Source: an uncultured Pseudomonadota bacterium (GTDB lineage: Bacteria > Oederibacteriota > Muellerivitia > Muellerivitales > Muellerivitaceae). From it: a stretch of 64,000 nucleotides of DNA. The notes under the pieces were generated by a model. The model saw nothing but the letters and a program-made list of their open reading frames with translations, made no database searches and was not told the DNA's origin. The stretch lies in assembly GCA_963770835.1 (NCBI GenBank), contig CAVYRH010000002.1, forward strand, positions 1-64,000, read 5' to 3'. How positions within the stretch are numbered: position 1 is the stretch's first letter; every line of letters starts with the position of its first letter. This document shows positions 40,401 to 50,065 of this stretch, in pieces. The position numbers were made by a program, and so were the translations under genes.

Positions 40401-43400
40401 AACCAAACCCAACAGGAGGCAAAGGTAAAATGGCAGATTTTGAGGCTCGTCGAAAACCAAACCACCCAGGCGAAGATAAAGAAGCCAAGAATTTTACTTA
40501 AGGAATAAGCACCGGAAGGCAAAGACGATAAAATCCTCAGGGTCAAGGGAAGGGCCATCCATCCCAGAAGAATCAAGGCGATCACCCAGCTCAACCAAGC
40601 CCGGAGCTGATACCCCAACCCGTCCTCTTTATCCTGGGGAAGATTGGTAACGTCGTTCTCAATCACCGGATTTTTAGCGTAATCTTGGAGAACCTGTAGG
40701 GTTTTAGCATCGGGCGACCCGGGAACTGTCGCCGGGGCTTGAACCTTTATTTCAGGCGTCGGTTGGCTTGCCGGTACGGTCGTAGGTTCCGTGGAGGGCT
40801 TTTTCGCTTTGGGCGGAACAACTGGCGGAGGCTCCTGGACATTGGCAACAGCGGTAACAGTGGAGGCCCCCGGCTCTAATTGGGCCAACAGGCCGTGGTC
40901 TTTCAAATATTGCTGGCGCTCGGCGATGAAGGCGTCCACGTTATTTTCTGTTATGTCGCGCATTTGGTCCCGGGTGATGCCTTTGACGAAATCATCCGTT
41001 TCCAAAAGCTTGAGGATGCGCTCGGGGGAAACATCCTCCACCTTCTTGAACAAATAAACGCGAGGATGATCGTAAACAGAAAAGGATTCTTCCGCCATGT
41101 CGTCGGGGTGCTCCCATCCGAGAAGGGACGGAAAATTGTGAAACTCCTTCACCATCTTGTACCCTAAAAGGCCAGACCAAAGGCACCGGTAATAGCGGGA
41201 AGTTACTGGGTAGATGTTGAACCCGTGGTGACGGAACTCGGGAGTTTCATCCGTAAGCGTGTACCATAGTTTTTTCGAGGAAATGCTGATGTATTCGCCT
41301 TGGGGAAGCAAGTTTGCGTAATAATTTTTCTTAATGGGACTGTCATCCGTCGGAAAGCCGTGCATCTCGTAGGGTGTTATATCCTGGGACTGGTACAAAC
41401 CTGGTGTCATGAGCCGGTCGATACGGGGGTCCTGAGAGGAATTGAGGTCGACGGGCAGGCCATCCCCCCAGGCTTCATTGAAGATTTTTGAACCAAATGG
41501 GATGTTTTTATATATCCAAACCGAAGATTCAATCCAGGGGTGTTGAAAACGGTATACATGCATGTAGGCGATCGAATAGAAAAGACTGGGACCCACCACA
41601 AGAATCCATAACGCCGGCCTTAAAAACCGGCCCAGAGAAAAACTCTTCGCCCATTGAATCAATGCCGTTAGAAACCGAGCCCCGAAAATGCAAAAGATCG
41701 GGATCAAGGGCACCATGTATCTGACGAATTTTGTATTCCAAGCGCCAATGAACCCAAAATAAGGGATGAACCAGACCAAAAGGAGAAGGTCCGGCAAACT
41801 GAATTCGAACCCCTTATCGCGGGTAAAGGGCAAGGGTAGAAGATATCCCTGCTTGACCGGCTTCACGAGGTTTGCCACGAAGCGGATCAAGACCCAAACC
41901 ATTCCCAATACAGCCGCTATCCCAAGGGGCCACCAGAGTTCTACGCTCATCAGGTTTTTCAATTGATAGAGGTAGCGGGGCGTGTCCTTGAACTGCAGAA
42001 CATAGCAAGCGTCTGCGATAGATACCGTGTGCCATTCATAGCTTTGGGAAATCATGAATCCGTTGAAATCCAGGAGGGACCAGGGGGAAAAAAGGCAAAA
42101 AAGGAAAAAAGCCAATCCGCCGGCGCCCATCAATTTAATCCATTGCGGCCCTTGAGCCCGCAAAACCTTGAATTCCATGATTCCCCAAACAAAAAAGACA
42201 ATGCCCAATGTCATCAAGAGAATGAAAAGCGTCAACCAAAGAACTAGAGCGGTCTTTGGATCTGCCGAGAAAAGGTCTTGAAACACACCCCGAAATTTCA
42301 AACCAACGACCACAAAACTGCCCAACATGACTGTTAACAACACCCCGGCAAGGATGGAATAAAGGCCATCGTTTTCGTCTAGTTTCTTTCCGTCTTTTTC
42401 CCAATCCCTTGCCGATTTCCGGGAAAGCAAGACAAGATGGGCGATAAGGATGATGAAAAGGTAATAAAGCGAACTGGTTTTAGCGGCCATGGAAAGGCCA
42501 AAAGCGGCTCCGGCCACCAAATAGCTTTTCCAATCCCCCTTTTGAAGAATTTCCCAAGCGCAGAGTGCAATCACGACAAGCATGAACGTTATGAAGGATT
42601 CGGTGATGCAATAATGTGCCTGTTCAATGCTGACAACAGCGAACGCAAAGGAAGCGGAGGCCAGAAGAGCCATACCGACGTTTTGATAAATGCGCTTCAC
42701 CAAATAATAAACCGCGACGATAGTGGCGGTGGAAAATGCGGCGGCCCAAACCCGGCCGATGGTCATGCAATCTCCATAACCGGCGTATTGTCGTCCCGCA
42801 TGGTCAAAGGAAGCCAGGAATGCCCATAGAGTGAAGAGACCTAAAATCGTCCTTCCCCACCGCGAACTCCAGGCCCACCAGATCGCCAGCCCAACCACCA
42901 ACAGCGCGAACAAGAGAACCCCAAACAGTCGAGTGACCGCGTCTCCCATGAACAAGGGAAAGACGCCGAAAACGAAAGTAGCCCCTGCAGCGGAGTAAAG
43001 CGGGATTTCCGACCATTCCATTTCCAGCTCTTCGGCGATCCAAAGGGACGACCCGAAGGAAACGACGAGTGCCAGGGCAAAAGTGGCGGCTTTCAGGGGA
43101 ATATCGTTGAGTTGGTCGAACCAAATGGAAAAAATCTTGAAAAACTTGAAAAGCAGGAGGCAAGTGAAGAGAAAAGCCGAAGATCCGAAGGAGTAAAGGG
43201 ACCACTTTACCCGAGAGAAAAACCAGGCGGCGGCACCCAATAACGCCGCAAGGAAAAACCAATACAGCCATTGGGACACCCCTTCATTGCCCCTGCAAAG
43301 ATTCCAAAGGAAGGTCGGTGTGGAAAGAAGTTCGCCGGTGGCGCGATAAAGATAAACAGGAAGCTGGCCGTAAGCGAAAAACGTGACCTTATAGCCGGTG

Positions 43401-43582
43401 GAGGCTTGAATGCTGGCTGTTTGTCCCAAAATATTTCGTTCATCGGGATGAAATGACTTTTGGTAATCCCAATCAGGATTGTAAAAGCGGAAAGCTCCGC
43501 CAAGGAGGGTGATAAGGAGAAGCCAAAGAAGGGGCTTTTCAAGGTGAAAAGCGGTTGCGTTCCTTTTAACTTTCTTCCCCAC
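37430..43582 (-). CDS. 2050-aa fusion of a GT39/PMT-like glycosyltransferase and a DUF2298 domain
   Basis: N-half has FHPDER, FFAYGQLP, KFVRY..P and EESFSVYDHP; a Pro/Thr linker follows; C-half has MDFGFL...FPPQN.W, INEFPYFS.LYGDMHAH, NTWE.P and GWDGH..EW. Confidence 0.88.
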   Translation of the reverse strand: MGKKVKRNATAFHLEKPLLWLLLITLLGGAFRFYNPDWDYQKSFHPDERNILGQTASIQASTGYKVTFFAYGQLPVYLYRATGELLSTPTFLWNLCRGNEGVSQWLYWFFLAALLGAAAWFFSRVKWSLYSFGSSAFLFTCLLLFKFFKIFSIWFDQLNDIPLKAATFALALVVSFGSSLWIAEELEMEWSEIPLYSAAGATFVFGVFPLFMGDAVTRLFGVLLFALLVVGLAIWWAWSSRWGRTILGLFTLWAFLASFDHAGRQYAGYGDCMTIGRVWAAAFSTATIVAVYYLVKRIYQNVGMALLASASFAFAVVSIEQAHYCITESFITFMLVVIALCAWEILQKGDWKSYLVAGAAFGLSMAAKTSSLYYLFIILIAHLVLLSRKSARDWEKDGKKLDENDGLYSILAGVLLTVMLGSFVVVGLKFRGVFQDLFSADPKTALVLWLTLFILLMTLGIVFFVWGIMEFKVLRAQGPQWIKLMGAGGLAFFLFCLFSPWSLLDFNGFMISQSYEWHTVSIADACYVLQFKDTPRYLYQLKNLMSVELWWPLGIAAVLGMVWVLIRFVANLVKPVKQGYLLPLPFTRDKGFEFSLPDLLLLVWFIPYFGFIGAWNTKFVRYMVPLIPIFCIFGARFLTALIQWAKSFSLGRFLRPALWILVVGPSLFYSIAYMHVYRFQHPWIESSVWIYKNIPFGSKIFNEAWGDGLPVDLNSSQDPRIDRLMTPGLYQSQDITPYEMHGFPTDDSPIKKNYYANLLPQGEYISISSKKLWYTLTDETPEFRHHGFNIYPVTSRYYRCLWSGLLGYKMVKEFHNFPSLLGWEHPDDMAEESFSVYDHPRVYLFKKVEDVSPERILKLLETDDFVKGITRDQMRDITENNVDAFIAERQQYLKDHGLLAQLEPGASTVTAVANVQEPPPVVPPKAKKPSTEPTTVPASQPTPEIKVQAPATVPGSPDAKTLQVLQDYAKNPVIENDVTNLPQDKEDGLGYQLRAWLSWVIALILLGWMALPLTLRILSSLPSGAYSLSKILGFFIFAWVVWFSTSLKICHFTFASCWVWFLLLAALSLFGYWHDQSTIKTAYAKWSKVWMIQEGAFASMFLLFTLVKMYIPHIHDPGGEGYNGGGEAGMDFGFLASVVRGETFPPQNMWMAGQPIGYTFYYGHLMMGILTKFLGLVPAVTYNLALVTLFALIFSGAFGVAFGLSGRLTSGWIAGLLCAAAGNPAGARQYLDAIHQCFVSGNLGPLLGHVYDYWGPTRVIPNSINEFPYFSVLYGDMHAHTLAMPFALLLIAVLGSYYLSENAKPFDWSKDWPKLLTTGFLLGGIAFLNTWEVPTWLILAGLALLLRSVVGLQMKVLQKGFGMILGILILSLTLLGWVATVLRGFDYQNLGGSKYLLVSFVLLALGAGIIVLFVRKATKGFAKHLTAVGLALAGILLVMLVTWCPFFSSFVPQQSEVLWVTPSLRTSLGDFFGIYGLFVTVLGLSFVVGSHKELVDWLGRPAKGRLNFDLILDKFTGFLERFISPQHPISGVLFFGIVTMTVIWGASWVHWTDPVDKAYFSLMIATPAAIVLALAIVFRTVWGFWLAVLSIGLLWVTALILRVFHLYQDAPLTLGLGLFSILWLSAFLYLGMVLKVFKDRKLSYSYLLVSLFFFIVATLEIFVMKEYLGGDYLRNNSLFKFGINAWELASIMVGVFVPRIFDSFAFLLKTVKKEVRSARVVLIGVSTAILFVLFRSLLDSFLPSMEIPIVYVLDLVLVAGFVGWCWVEDWVKNQVLKISIGIVGGILGLFSLLPLFSQFSYGTVLGLAQRWVSDFDSGILFPALLSAAVLGGLYLLWEGKRDIGQLMVFNSWRALLLMFAIMVCVYPYAATIRKCHGFLDVFRKQWVGYTENLTLDGLAYIPRESPYDAAAIRFLNNHIPDQPCLLEFVGEGYNSWGSRYSIFTGIPALMGWDGHVREWLTGRPGMDADISQRFLATDQIFKSTDSELVKKMLDAYGVRLVMVGAVERYGVPGRKGGYPAEGLAKFSSFLPLIYKNPQVEIYYNPPSAQN

Positions 43583-43717
43583 TTCGTTTCCTTTTCGATG
43601 GTCGAATTAAATAAGAAAAATCCCGATAAAACCGCAAAAGCCTGAATTTTCAAACGGCGCTTAGTATAACTTATCAATGTGTCAATGCATACTTTCAAAA
43701 CGGCGGGAAAAATGGGC

Positions 43718-44098
43718 TTATCGGCAATAGATCCGGAATTCACCCATGTTCAGGTTGTTACAAAAAGCCTTGAAAGTATAAACGCCCTTGGCTGGGAATA
43801 ATATGCGCCACGCCGTAATCAAGTCATGCATTGGAAATTCCCCGTCAAATTGTATTTTCCGTGGGATGCTGTCTGAAATTTTTTCACTGTTTTCATTATA
43901 GAGTGATATATCGATTTGGAATTCCCCCTTCCCTTCATAAATAAACCGGGCAAAAGTCATGAATTCGGCGCCCCAAGGATAAGTGGGGGGACTGAATCCC
44001 TGGAAAACGCCCCTGAGGTCGTAATTCTTGGTAAGAACATCCTGTAGGATATTGTTGCAACAAAGGAACGAGGAAACTTTGGGTAAATTAAATTCCAT
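43718..44098 (-). CDS. Hypothetical protein (DUF6941-like small beta protein)
   Basis: Pattern LCCNNILQD..TKNYDL.GVF and FP..G.Y.F resembles the family; no function is inferable. Confidence 0.55.
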   Translation of the reverse strand: MEFNLPKVSSFLCCNNILQDVLTKNYDLRGVFQGFSPPTYPWGAEFMTFARFIYEGKGEFQIDISLYNENSEKISDSIPRKIQFDGEFPMHDLITAWRILFPAKGVYTFKAFCNNLNMGEFRIYCR

Positions 44099-44380
44099 CT
44101 TTCAGCCCTTGTTTTCTTATGGTTTTCTTGATTTCGGAAGTTTTAGGATATCCGGAAAGACTCCCACAAGAAGGATATATCCGTGGAAACCCTACAGAAA
44201 TTATAAGTGCGGACCACCCGCAGGTAGTTGGTTTAGAAAAAGGACGTTAAATCCGTCCCAAGCCTAAGCGATATCGCCTTGAAGATCATTGTCAATTTTA
44301 AACCCAGAGTGGGACGAAATGAATGCTTTTCCACGACGTTTTATCTCATGCGGATAATGCCCACAAAATTCAACAACATG

Positions 44381-44420
44381 AAAATGCCCCTTTACCTTGA
44401 TAAAAAATCAGGTAAGGGGC
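44381..44420 (-). terminator. Intrinsic terminator after glutamine synthetase
   Basis: Minus strand GCCCCTTACCTGAT...ATCAAGGTAAAGGGGC followed by ATTTT. Confidence 0.7.
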
Positions 44421-44505
44421 AAATTCTGTTGCTTCAAAATATCCTCACCCCTTCTCTCAAGGGTGAAGGTAAAAGCTATTGTTGGGTTATATCGATCCCA
44501 GCCGG

Positions 44506-46674
44506 TTAGTACTGGAAGAGCATTTCCCGGTATTTCGGCAGCGGCCAGAGGTCGTCGTCGACGATGGTTTCCAGCCAGTCGGCAATTTCCCGGACTTTCA
44601 ACATGGCCGGAATGACTGAGTCCTTGAAGGATGCGGCTGTCTGGTGAAGGCTGGACCCGCCATTGGCGCTTTCAATAAGCTTGTCCAAAGCCTCCACAGC
44701 CTCGTACAAGTCGCTGGCGCCCTTGGCAACTTCCTCCAACAGGGCGTTTTGGCCCTTCTGGCTGGACTTGACCACGGCCGCGGTAGTCTGGACGGTCTGG
44801 GCCAATTCGCTCTGGTACTTGAGGACCGCCGGAAGGATCTGATTCTTGGCGATGTCCACCGTGGCGTTGGCCTCGATGTTGACCACCTTCACGTAACGCT
44901 CCCACATGATTTCCTCGCGGGCGTCATATTCCTTCTCGTTCAGGACCTTGTACTTAGCGAAGAGTTCCTTGTATTCCTTCTTTGGCATGGCCTTCAAGGC
45001 ATCTACCGTGGATTTGAGGTTCGGCAACCCCCTCTTTTGCGCTTCCGCGTGCCAATCGGCGGCGTAGTTGTTGCCGTTAAAGAGTACTTTCTTGTGCTCC
45101 TTGATCTCCTTCTGGAGGATGGCGGCCAGGGTTTTGTTCAGATCCCCGCCCTTTTCCAGTTCAGTTGCAATACGGTCGATGGACTCGGCCACGATCGTAT
45201 TGAGGATGGTGTTGGGCCAGTAAATGGCGGCCGTGGACCCCACCGCGCGGAACTCGAACTTGTTGCCCGTGAAGGCAAAGGGCGACGTACGGTTGCGGTC
45301 TGTGGCGTCCTTGGGGAGGGGCGGAAGGATGGAAACACCCAATTGCATGGTTCCCCCCGACTTGCTGGAGGAGGCCGGCCCCTTTTCCAACTGGTCGACG
45401 ATGTCCTGAAGTTGGTCTCCCAGGAATACCGACATGATGGCGGGAGGAGCCTCATTGGCCCCCAACCGATGGTCGTTACCGGGCCCGCAAATCCCGATCC
45501 TGAGAAGTTCAGCGTACTTGTCCACCGCCGTAAACGTGGCCACCAAGAAGGCCAGGAACTGGGCGTTAGCATGGGGAGTCTTGCCTGGCTCCAAGAGATT
45601 CTCCCCCTCGTTTGTGGCCATGGACCAATTATTGTGCTTGCCGTTGCCATTGATCCCCGCGAAGGGCTTCTCGTGAAGCAGGCATACCAGTCCGTGGCGA
45701 AGAGCCACACGGCGCAACAGCTCCATGACGATCATGTTATGGTCCGCTGCGATGGAGGACTTTTCGAAAAGGGGCGCCATCTCGAATTGGGCCGGCGCCA
45801 CTTCGTTATGCCGGGTCTTGGAGGGGATCCCCAGGCGCCACAGTTCCCGGTCCAGGTCCATCATATAGGCAAGGATGCGCTCGCGGATGGCCCCGAAGTA
45901 ATGGTCTTCCAGTTCCTGCCCGCGGTAGGGAGGCGCGCCGAAAAGGGTCCGTCCCCCTGCGATCAGGTCCGGCCGAAGTTCAAAGTATTTTCGGTCGATT
46001 AGAAAATATTCCTGCTCGGGACCCATGGTGGTAAAAACATGCTTGGCGGTCTTGTTCCCGAAAACCCTCAGCAGGCGGACGGCCTGAGTGGATAAGCTTT
46101 CCATCGAGCGAAGGAGCGGGGTCTTGAGGTCGAGAGCTTCTTCAGTGTAACTCACGAAGGCCGTGGGAATAGTCAGGGTGGCTCCGTTCACTTCCTGCTG
46201 AATGAAGGCCGGGGTGGTGGGATCCCAAGCAGTGTAACCCCGGGCTTCAAAGGTGGAACGGGTTCCGCCCGAGGGGAAAGAAGACGCATCCGGTTCCCCT
46301 TTTATGAGGGTCTTACCCTCGAACTCAGCCAAAGCTCCGCCTTCCGGTGTGGGTTCTAGGAAGGTATCGTGCTTTTCCGCGCCCAATCCTGTCAGGGGAA
46401 TAAACCAATGGGTATAGTGGGAGGCCCCGTGGGAGAGGGCCCATTCCTTCATTCCCTGGGCGACCTGGTCGGCAATGGAGGCGTCCAGCGGTTCCCCGCG
46501 AAAGGTGGTGGCCCGGAGCTTCTTATAAACATCCTTGGACAGGTACTGCTTTTGGGCTGCGTCGTTGAAAACCAGGGACCCGAAAATCTCGTTTCCCGGT
46601 TCGGACTTATAATTTTCAATCGGCGGGACTTCTTTCCCTATGGATAAGGCGACCTTCTGGCGGGACGATGACAT
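44506..46674 (-). CDS. glnA: Glutamine synthetase type III
   Basis: 722 aa; [56 protein letters not shown] and [18 protein letters not shown] motifs. Confidence 0.97.
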   Translation of the reverse strand: MSSSRQKVALSIGKEVPPIENYKSEPGNEIFGSLVFNDAAQKQYLSKDVYKKLRATTFRGEPLDASIADQVAQGMKEWALSHGASHYTHWFIPLTGLGAEKHDTFLEPTPEGGALAEFEGKTLIKGEPDASSFPSGGTRSTFEARGYTAWDPTTPAFIQQEVNGATLTIPTAFVSYTEEALDLKTPLLRSMESLSTQAVRLLRVFGNKTAKHVFTTMGPEQEYFLIDRKYFELRPDLIAGGRTLFGAPPYRGQELEDHYFGAIRERILAYMMDLDRELWRLGIPSKTRHNEVAPAQFEMAPLFEKSSIAADHNMIVMELLRRVALRHGLVCLLHEKPFAGINGNGKHNNWSMATNEGENLLEPGKTPHANAQFLAFLVATFTAVDKYAELLRIGICGPGNDHRLGANEAPPAIMSVFLGDQLQDIVDQLEKGPASSSKSGGTMQLGVSILPPLPKDATDRNRTSPFAFTGNKFEFRAVGSTAAIYWPNTILNTIVAESIDRIATELEKGGDLNKTLAAILQKEIKEHKKVLFNGNNYAADWHAEAQKRGLPNLKSTVDALKAMPKKEYKELFAKYKVLNEKEYDAREEIMWERYVKVVNIEANATVDIAKNQILPAVLKYQSELAQTVQTTAAVVKSSQKGQNALLEEVAKGASDLYEAVEALDKLIESANGGSSLHQTAASFKDSVIPAMLKVREIADWLETIVDDDLWPLPKYREMLFQY

Positions 46675-46958
46675 GAGTTTGGCTCCTTACGAGTAGTTTG
46701 AACGGCGTAACGGCACCGGCAGAACCCCACACTGTTTGTTTCAGGGCGACGCGCTTTGGAAAGGCGTCGGTCAGCAAAAAACAAACCGAGGAACGTAAGA
46801 GTACTCTCACCCGAAAGAGTTCTTCAAGGGTTTTTCACAATCAATTTGGCGGGGCTCAACAAAACAACAAGGTGGTAGCACGGAACTGTACAGCCCTACA
46901 AAATCGTTTGTTTTTTGGAACCTACATGCCGAGAATAAGTAATTTTTGCAGGCATAAC

Positions 46959-46995
46959 AAAAAAGCCCGGGCCCCTTAAGGGAACCCGGGCTTTT
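46959..46995 (-). terminator. Intrinsic terminator after korB
   Basis: AAAAAGCCCGGG...CCCGGGCTTTT inverted repeat. Confidence 0.85.
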
Positions 46996-47008
46996 ACTCC
47001 ACAAAATC

Positions 47009-47992
47009 TTAAAACAAAAATTCTTCGTACGACTTCGATAAATCCGTGGTCGGTAGGTGGCTGGCATCCTCGTAAGGCACTCGAACCGGCGAGTATTTCT
47101 TAAGCATCGGCGCTTGGGCCTGCATGCGCTCCACATAGGTAGGCAGCTTGATCTCATAGAAAACCCCAACCGGAATACGGTCGCCGTGGTAATGGGCCAG
47201 TTCAAATGCCAATTTTTGCTTGGCGGCTACCTCGTCGAGGTTGGTGGGATCATTAACCGAACCGTCGTGCCCCGATTCGTTGGCGTTGAAGATGCGGGGC
47301 AGCATGGTATTCTCCCCTTCCCCCTTCACCTTCTTATTGAACCATTCGGCCGTGTGAAGGTCGTTGAAAGTGGGACAGGGTTGCAACACGTCCAAAAGGG
47401 CCATGCCCTTGTGCTCGATAGCCTTCTTGATCATTTCCTTCAGGTGTTTGCCGTCGAAGGCATAGCTGCGGCCGATCCAGGTGTAACCCGAACTCAAGGC
47501 CAAGGCCAGGGGTTGAATCGCGTCGTTCGTGTTTGGAAGTGGGAGGGATTTTGTTTGTTGGCCCCGGCCCAAGGTAGGTGCGGCCTGGCCTTTTGTCAGA
47601 CCGTAAACCTCGTTCGTGAAAACAATATAGGCCATGTCCACATTCCGGCGTCCTGCGTGCACAAAATGTCCGGCGCCGATTCCATATCCATCACCATCTC
47701 CACCACAAGCTATCACTTCCAAGTCGGGATTGGCCAATTTGGCCCCCACCGCGAAAGGAAGAACTCTACCGTGAAGGGTATGAACCCCGTGGGAAGACAT
47801 GTAATTGAAGGTCTTTCCCGAGCAGCCGATCCCGGCAAAAACCATGGTTTCCCACGGCGGCAATGCCAGTTCGGCGCAGGATTGCTGGATGGCCTGCAGG
47901 ATGCCGAAGTCACCGCATCCAGGGCACCAGTCATTATGAACATCACTTTTGTATGCAGATACCGTTAACGGAGTTTGAAGTTTAGAGGCCAT
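47009..47992 (-). CDS. korB: 2-oxoacid:ferredoxin oxidoreductase beta subunit
   Basis: WCPGCGDFG, GIGCS, HTLHGR, GGDGD TPP motif, YGLTKGQ and QPCPTFN. Confidence 0.95.
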   Translation of the reverse strand: MASKLQTPLTVSAYKSDVHNDWCPGCGDFGILQAIQQSCAELALPPWETMVFAGIGCSGKTFNYMSSHGVHTLHGRVLPFAVGAKLANPDLEVIACGGDGDGYGIGAGHFVHAGRRNVDMAYIVFTNEVYGLTKGQAAPTLGRGQQTKSLPLPNTNDAIQPLALALSSGYTWIGRSYAFDGKHLKEMIKKAIEHKGMALLDVLQPCPTFNDLHTAEWFNKKVKGEGENTMLPRIFNANESGHDGSVNDPTNLDEVAAKQKLAFELAHYHGDRIPVGVFYEIKLPTYVERMQAQAPMLKKYSPVRVPYEDASHLPTTDLSKSYEEFLF

Positions 47993-49850
47993 AGGTCAAC
48001 ACCACCTTTTCAATTGACATGCCGGTCAGTGGATCCACTTCCGGGGAAACCTGCTTCTTCATGATCTTCTCAACTGCGTCCAGAATCTCGTTCAAAGACA
48101 TGGGCCTTCCGGTGTACTTCACAATTTGGCTGGGAATGAAGATGCCGGTCGCCATGCGGATCAGGTGACCTAACTGGGTGCCCCAGTTGTTTTCCACGAT
48201 GACCAGCTTTTTAGCCTTCTTGAGGATTTTGTCTGTGGCAATCGGGAAAGGGTTCAGCATCCTGAAATGAAGGAAATTGGCGTTGATTCCCTTCTCCTTC
48301 AAAACTGGGAGGGCGTCCTCCAACACTCCGTAGGTCGTGCCCCAACAAATAAGAGTGATGTCCGCATTGGGGTCGCCGTGCAGGCTGTACTGCCGGTCCT
48401 CGGGGATCTGTTCGAGCATCAGCCGGTACTTGGACATGCGCTTCTCGTGCATCTTCCTGCGGTTCTCGGGATTTTCCGTAATATGGCCGTAATCGTCGTG
48501 TTCGTCCCCAGTCATCCAATAAGGGCTACCCTCCTGCCCAGGATAGGGCCGGGGGGACAGGACCGTCTTGGGGTCGGGTCGAAAGCGAGGAAAGCCCTTG
48601 CCGTCGGCGATAGCGGCTTCCAGTTCCTTCGGCGTGGCCAGGCGGCCCCGATCGATGATCAGGTTGTCTTCCTTGAAGGGAGGAATCGTTTCAAGGCTGT
48701 GGGTCAAAAACTTGTCGTTCAGGATGATGACGGGAGTCTGGAACTTATCGGCGTAGTTGAAAGACTCAAATGCCATGTGGAAATGGTCATCGATGGTGGC
48801 TGGCGACATAACCAAGCGGGGATATTCGCCGTGTCCGCCGAATGTGGCGAACATCAGATCTCCCTGCTCGTGCCGAGTTGGAAGCCCGGTCGAGGGGCCG
48901 CCGCGTTGATAATTGAAAAGAACGATCGGCACTTCATTCATGCCGCCCCAGCCCAAGCCCTCCGCCATCAAGCAAAAACCAGGGCCAGAAGTGGCGGTGG
49001 AGGCGCGCACGCCCGTAGTGGCCGCGCCCAGCGCCATGTCGATGGCCGCGATTTCATCCTCGCATTGGACGACCGCGATCCCATATTCAGGATGGCTTTC
49101 CAAGTAATTGCTCTCGTCGGTCGCCGGGCTGATGGGGTAATAGGACTGGTACCGGCAACCCGCCTTCAATTTTCCCAAAGAGTTGGCTTGAGCGCCGTTG
49201 ATCAAAAGGCGCTTGGGGGTGTTCTTTTGAGGTTCCAAATGGTAGGGGAACTGATTGTGCATTTCTTCCGGTAGGGCTTCCACCGCCTCATAAGCCTTTT
49301 TCGTGGCGGCCACGTTAGGGGCTACGAGCTTAGCCTTACGTCCCGTGTAGATGCGGGCCAGTGTTTCCTCGACGTGGGACATGTCCATCCGCAAAAGCGC
49401 CATGGAGGCGGCCACCGCGATGGTGTTCTTCATAAGGGATAGGGTGCCGTACTCCATGCCGGTGACTTCCGCGACGTGGCGGATGACCGAGTTAAAGTCA
49501 ATGGGTAATGTGATGACACCGGATTTCAAGTTCAGATCGTCCAACGTTATTTTGGTGGGATCGTAAATAAGGGCCCCACTTTTCACCACTTCATGAGCGT
49601 GGAGGCGGGCCGTGGAATCCTCAAAGGTGGCCAGTATGTGGACTTCGTCGACATGGCTATGAATCGGCTTGTCCGAAACACGGACTTGGAAATAACTATG
49701 CTTTCCCTTGATGTTGGAGTGGTATTCGCGCTTGCCGAATATCCAGAGGCCGGCAGTGGCACAAGCCTGCGAAAAAAGGTTAGCGGAAGAGTCGACCCCT
49801 GTTCCCTGGGGGCCTCCGATCATCCAATTGACTTCGTTGACAACTTTCAT
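47982..49850 (-). CDS. korA: 2-oxoacid:ferredoxin oxidoreductase alpha subunit (gamma-alpha fusion)
   Basis: GGPQGTG, YPISPA, QCEDEIAA, TSGPGF and RGGPSTGLPT motifs; ATG 49850 follows GGAG. Confidence 0.95.
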   Translation of the reverse strand: MKVVNEVNWMIGGPQGTGVDSSANLFSQACATAGLWIFGKREYHSNIKGKHSYFQVRVSDKPIHSHVDEVHILATFEDSTARLHAHEVVKSGALIYDPTKITLDDLNLKSGVITLPIDFNSVIRHVAEVTGMEYGTLSLMKNTIAVAASMALLRMDMSHVEETLARIYTGRKAKLVAPNVAATKKAYEAVEALPEEMHNQFPYHLEPQKNTPKRLLINGAQANSLGKLKAGCRYQSYYPISPATDESNYLESHPEYGIAVVQCEDEIAAIDMALGAATTGVRASTATSGPGFCLMAEGLGWGGMNEVPIVLFNYQRGGPSTGLPTRHEQGDLMFATFGGHGEYPRLVMSPATIDDHFHMAFESFNYADKFQTPVIILNDKFLTHSLETIPPFKEDNLIIDRGRLATPKELEAAIADGKGFPRFRPDPKTVLSPRPYPGQEGSPYWMTGDEHDDYGHITENPENRRKMHEKRMSKYRLMLEQIPEDRQYSLHGDPNADITLICWGTTYGVLEDALPVLKEKGINANFLHFRMLNPFPIATDKILKKAKKLVIVENNWGTQLGHLIRMATGIFIPSQIVKYTGRPMSLNEILDAVEKIMKKQVSPEVDPLTGMSIEKVVLTYGL

Positions 49851-50065
49851 TTTCAACTCCTACGGTAGGATGGAGACGTCAAGCCAGAAAAGAGCCCGAC
49901 GCCAAAATAAAATATACGGGTTTCGCCCGCAAAAAACAATTCGATTAGTGGGCGTTTCACCCGGTGGATAAATGGCATCCAACCCAAGTTCCCCGAGAAG
50001 ATTTTGAGGCTCAAACCGCGCCCCCAACATGATCAAAATCATATTTCTAGGCATGGAAACCAGGG

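Noticed and set aside
44300..44325. AGAGTGGGACG resembling part of a c-di-GMP-I riboswitch
   Set aside because: The GGCAAA P2 start and GCAAA tetraloop-receptor context are missing, and the orientation is opposite to the flanking genes.
44644..46002. 452-aa plus-strand ORF antisense to glnA (similar ones at 47057..47968 and 48267..49274 opposite korBA)
   Set aside because: Shadow ORFs caused by strong codon bias of the sense genes; no recognisable motifs.
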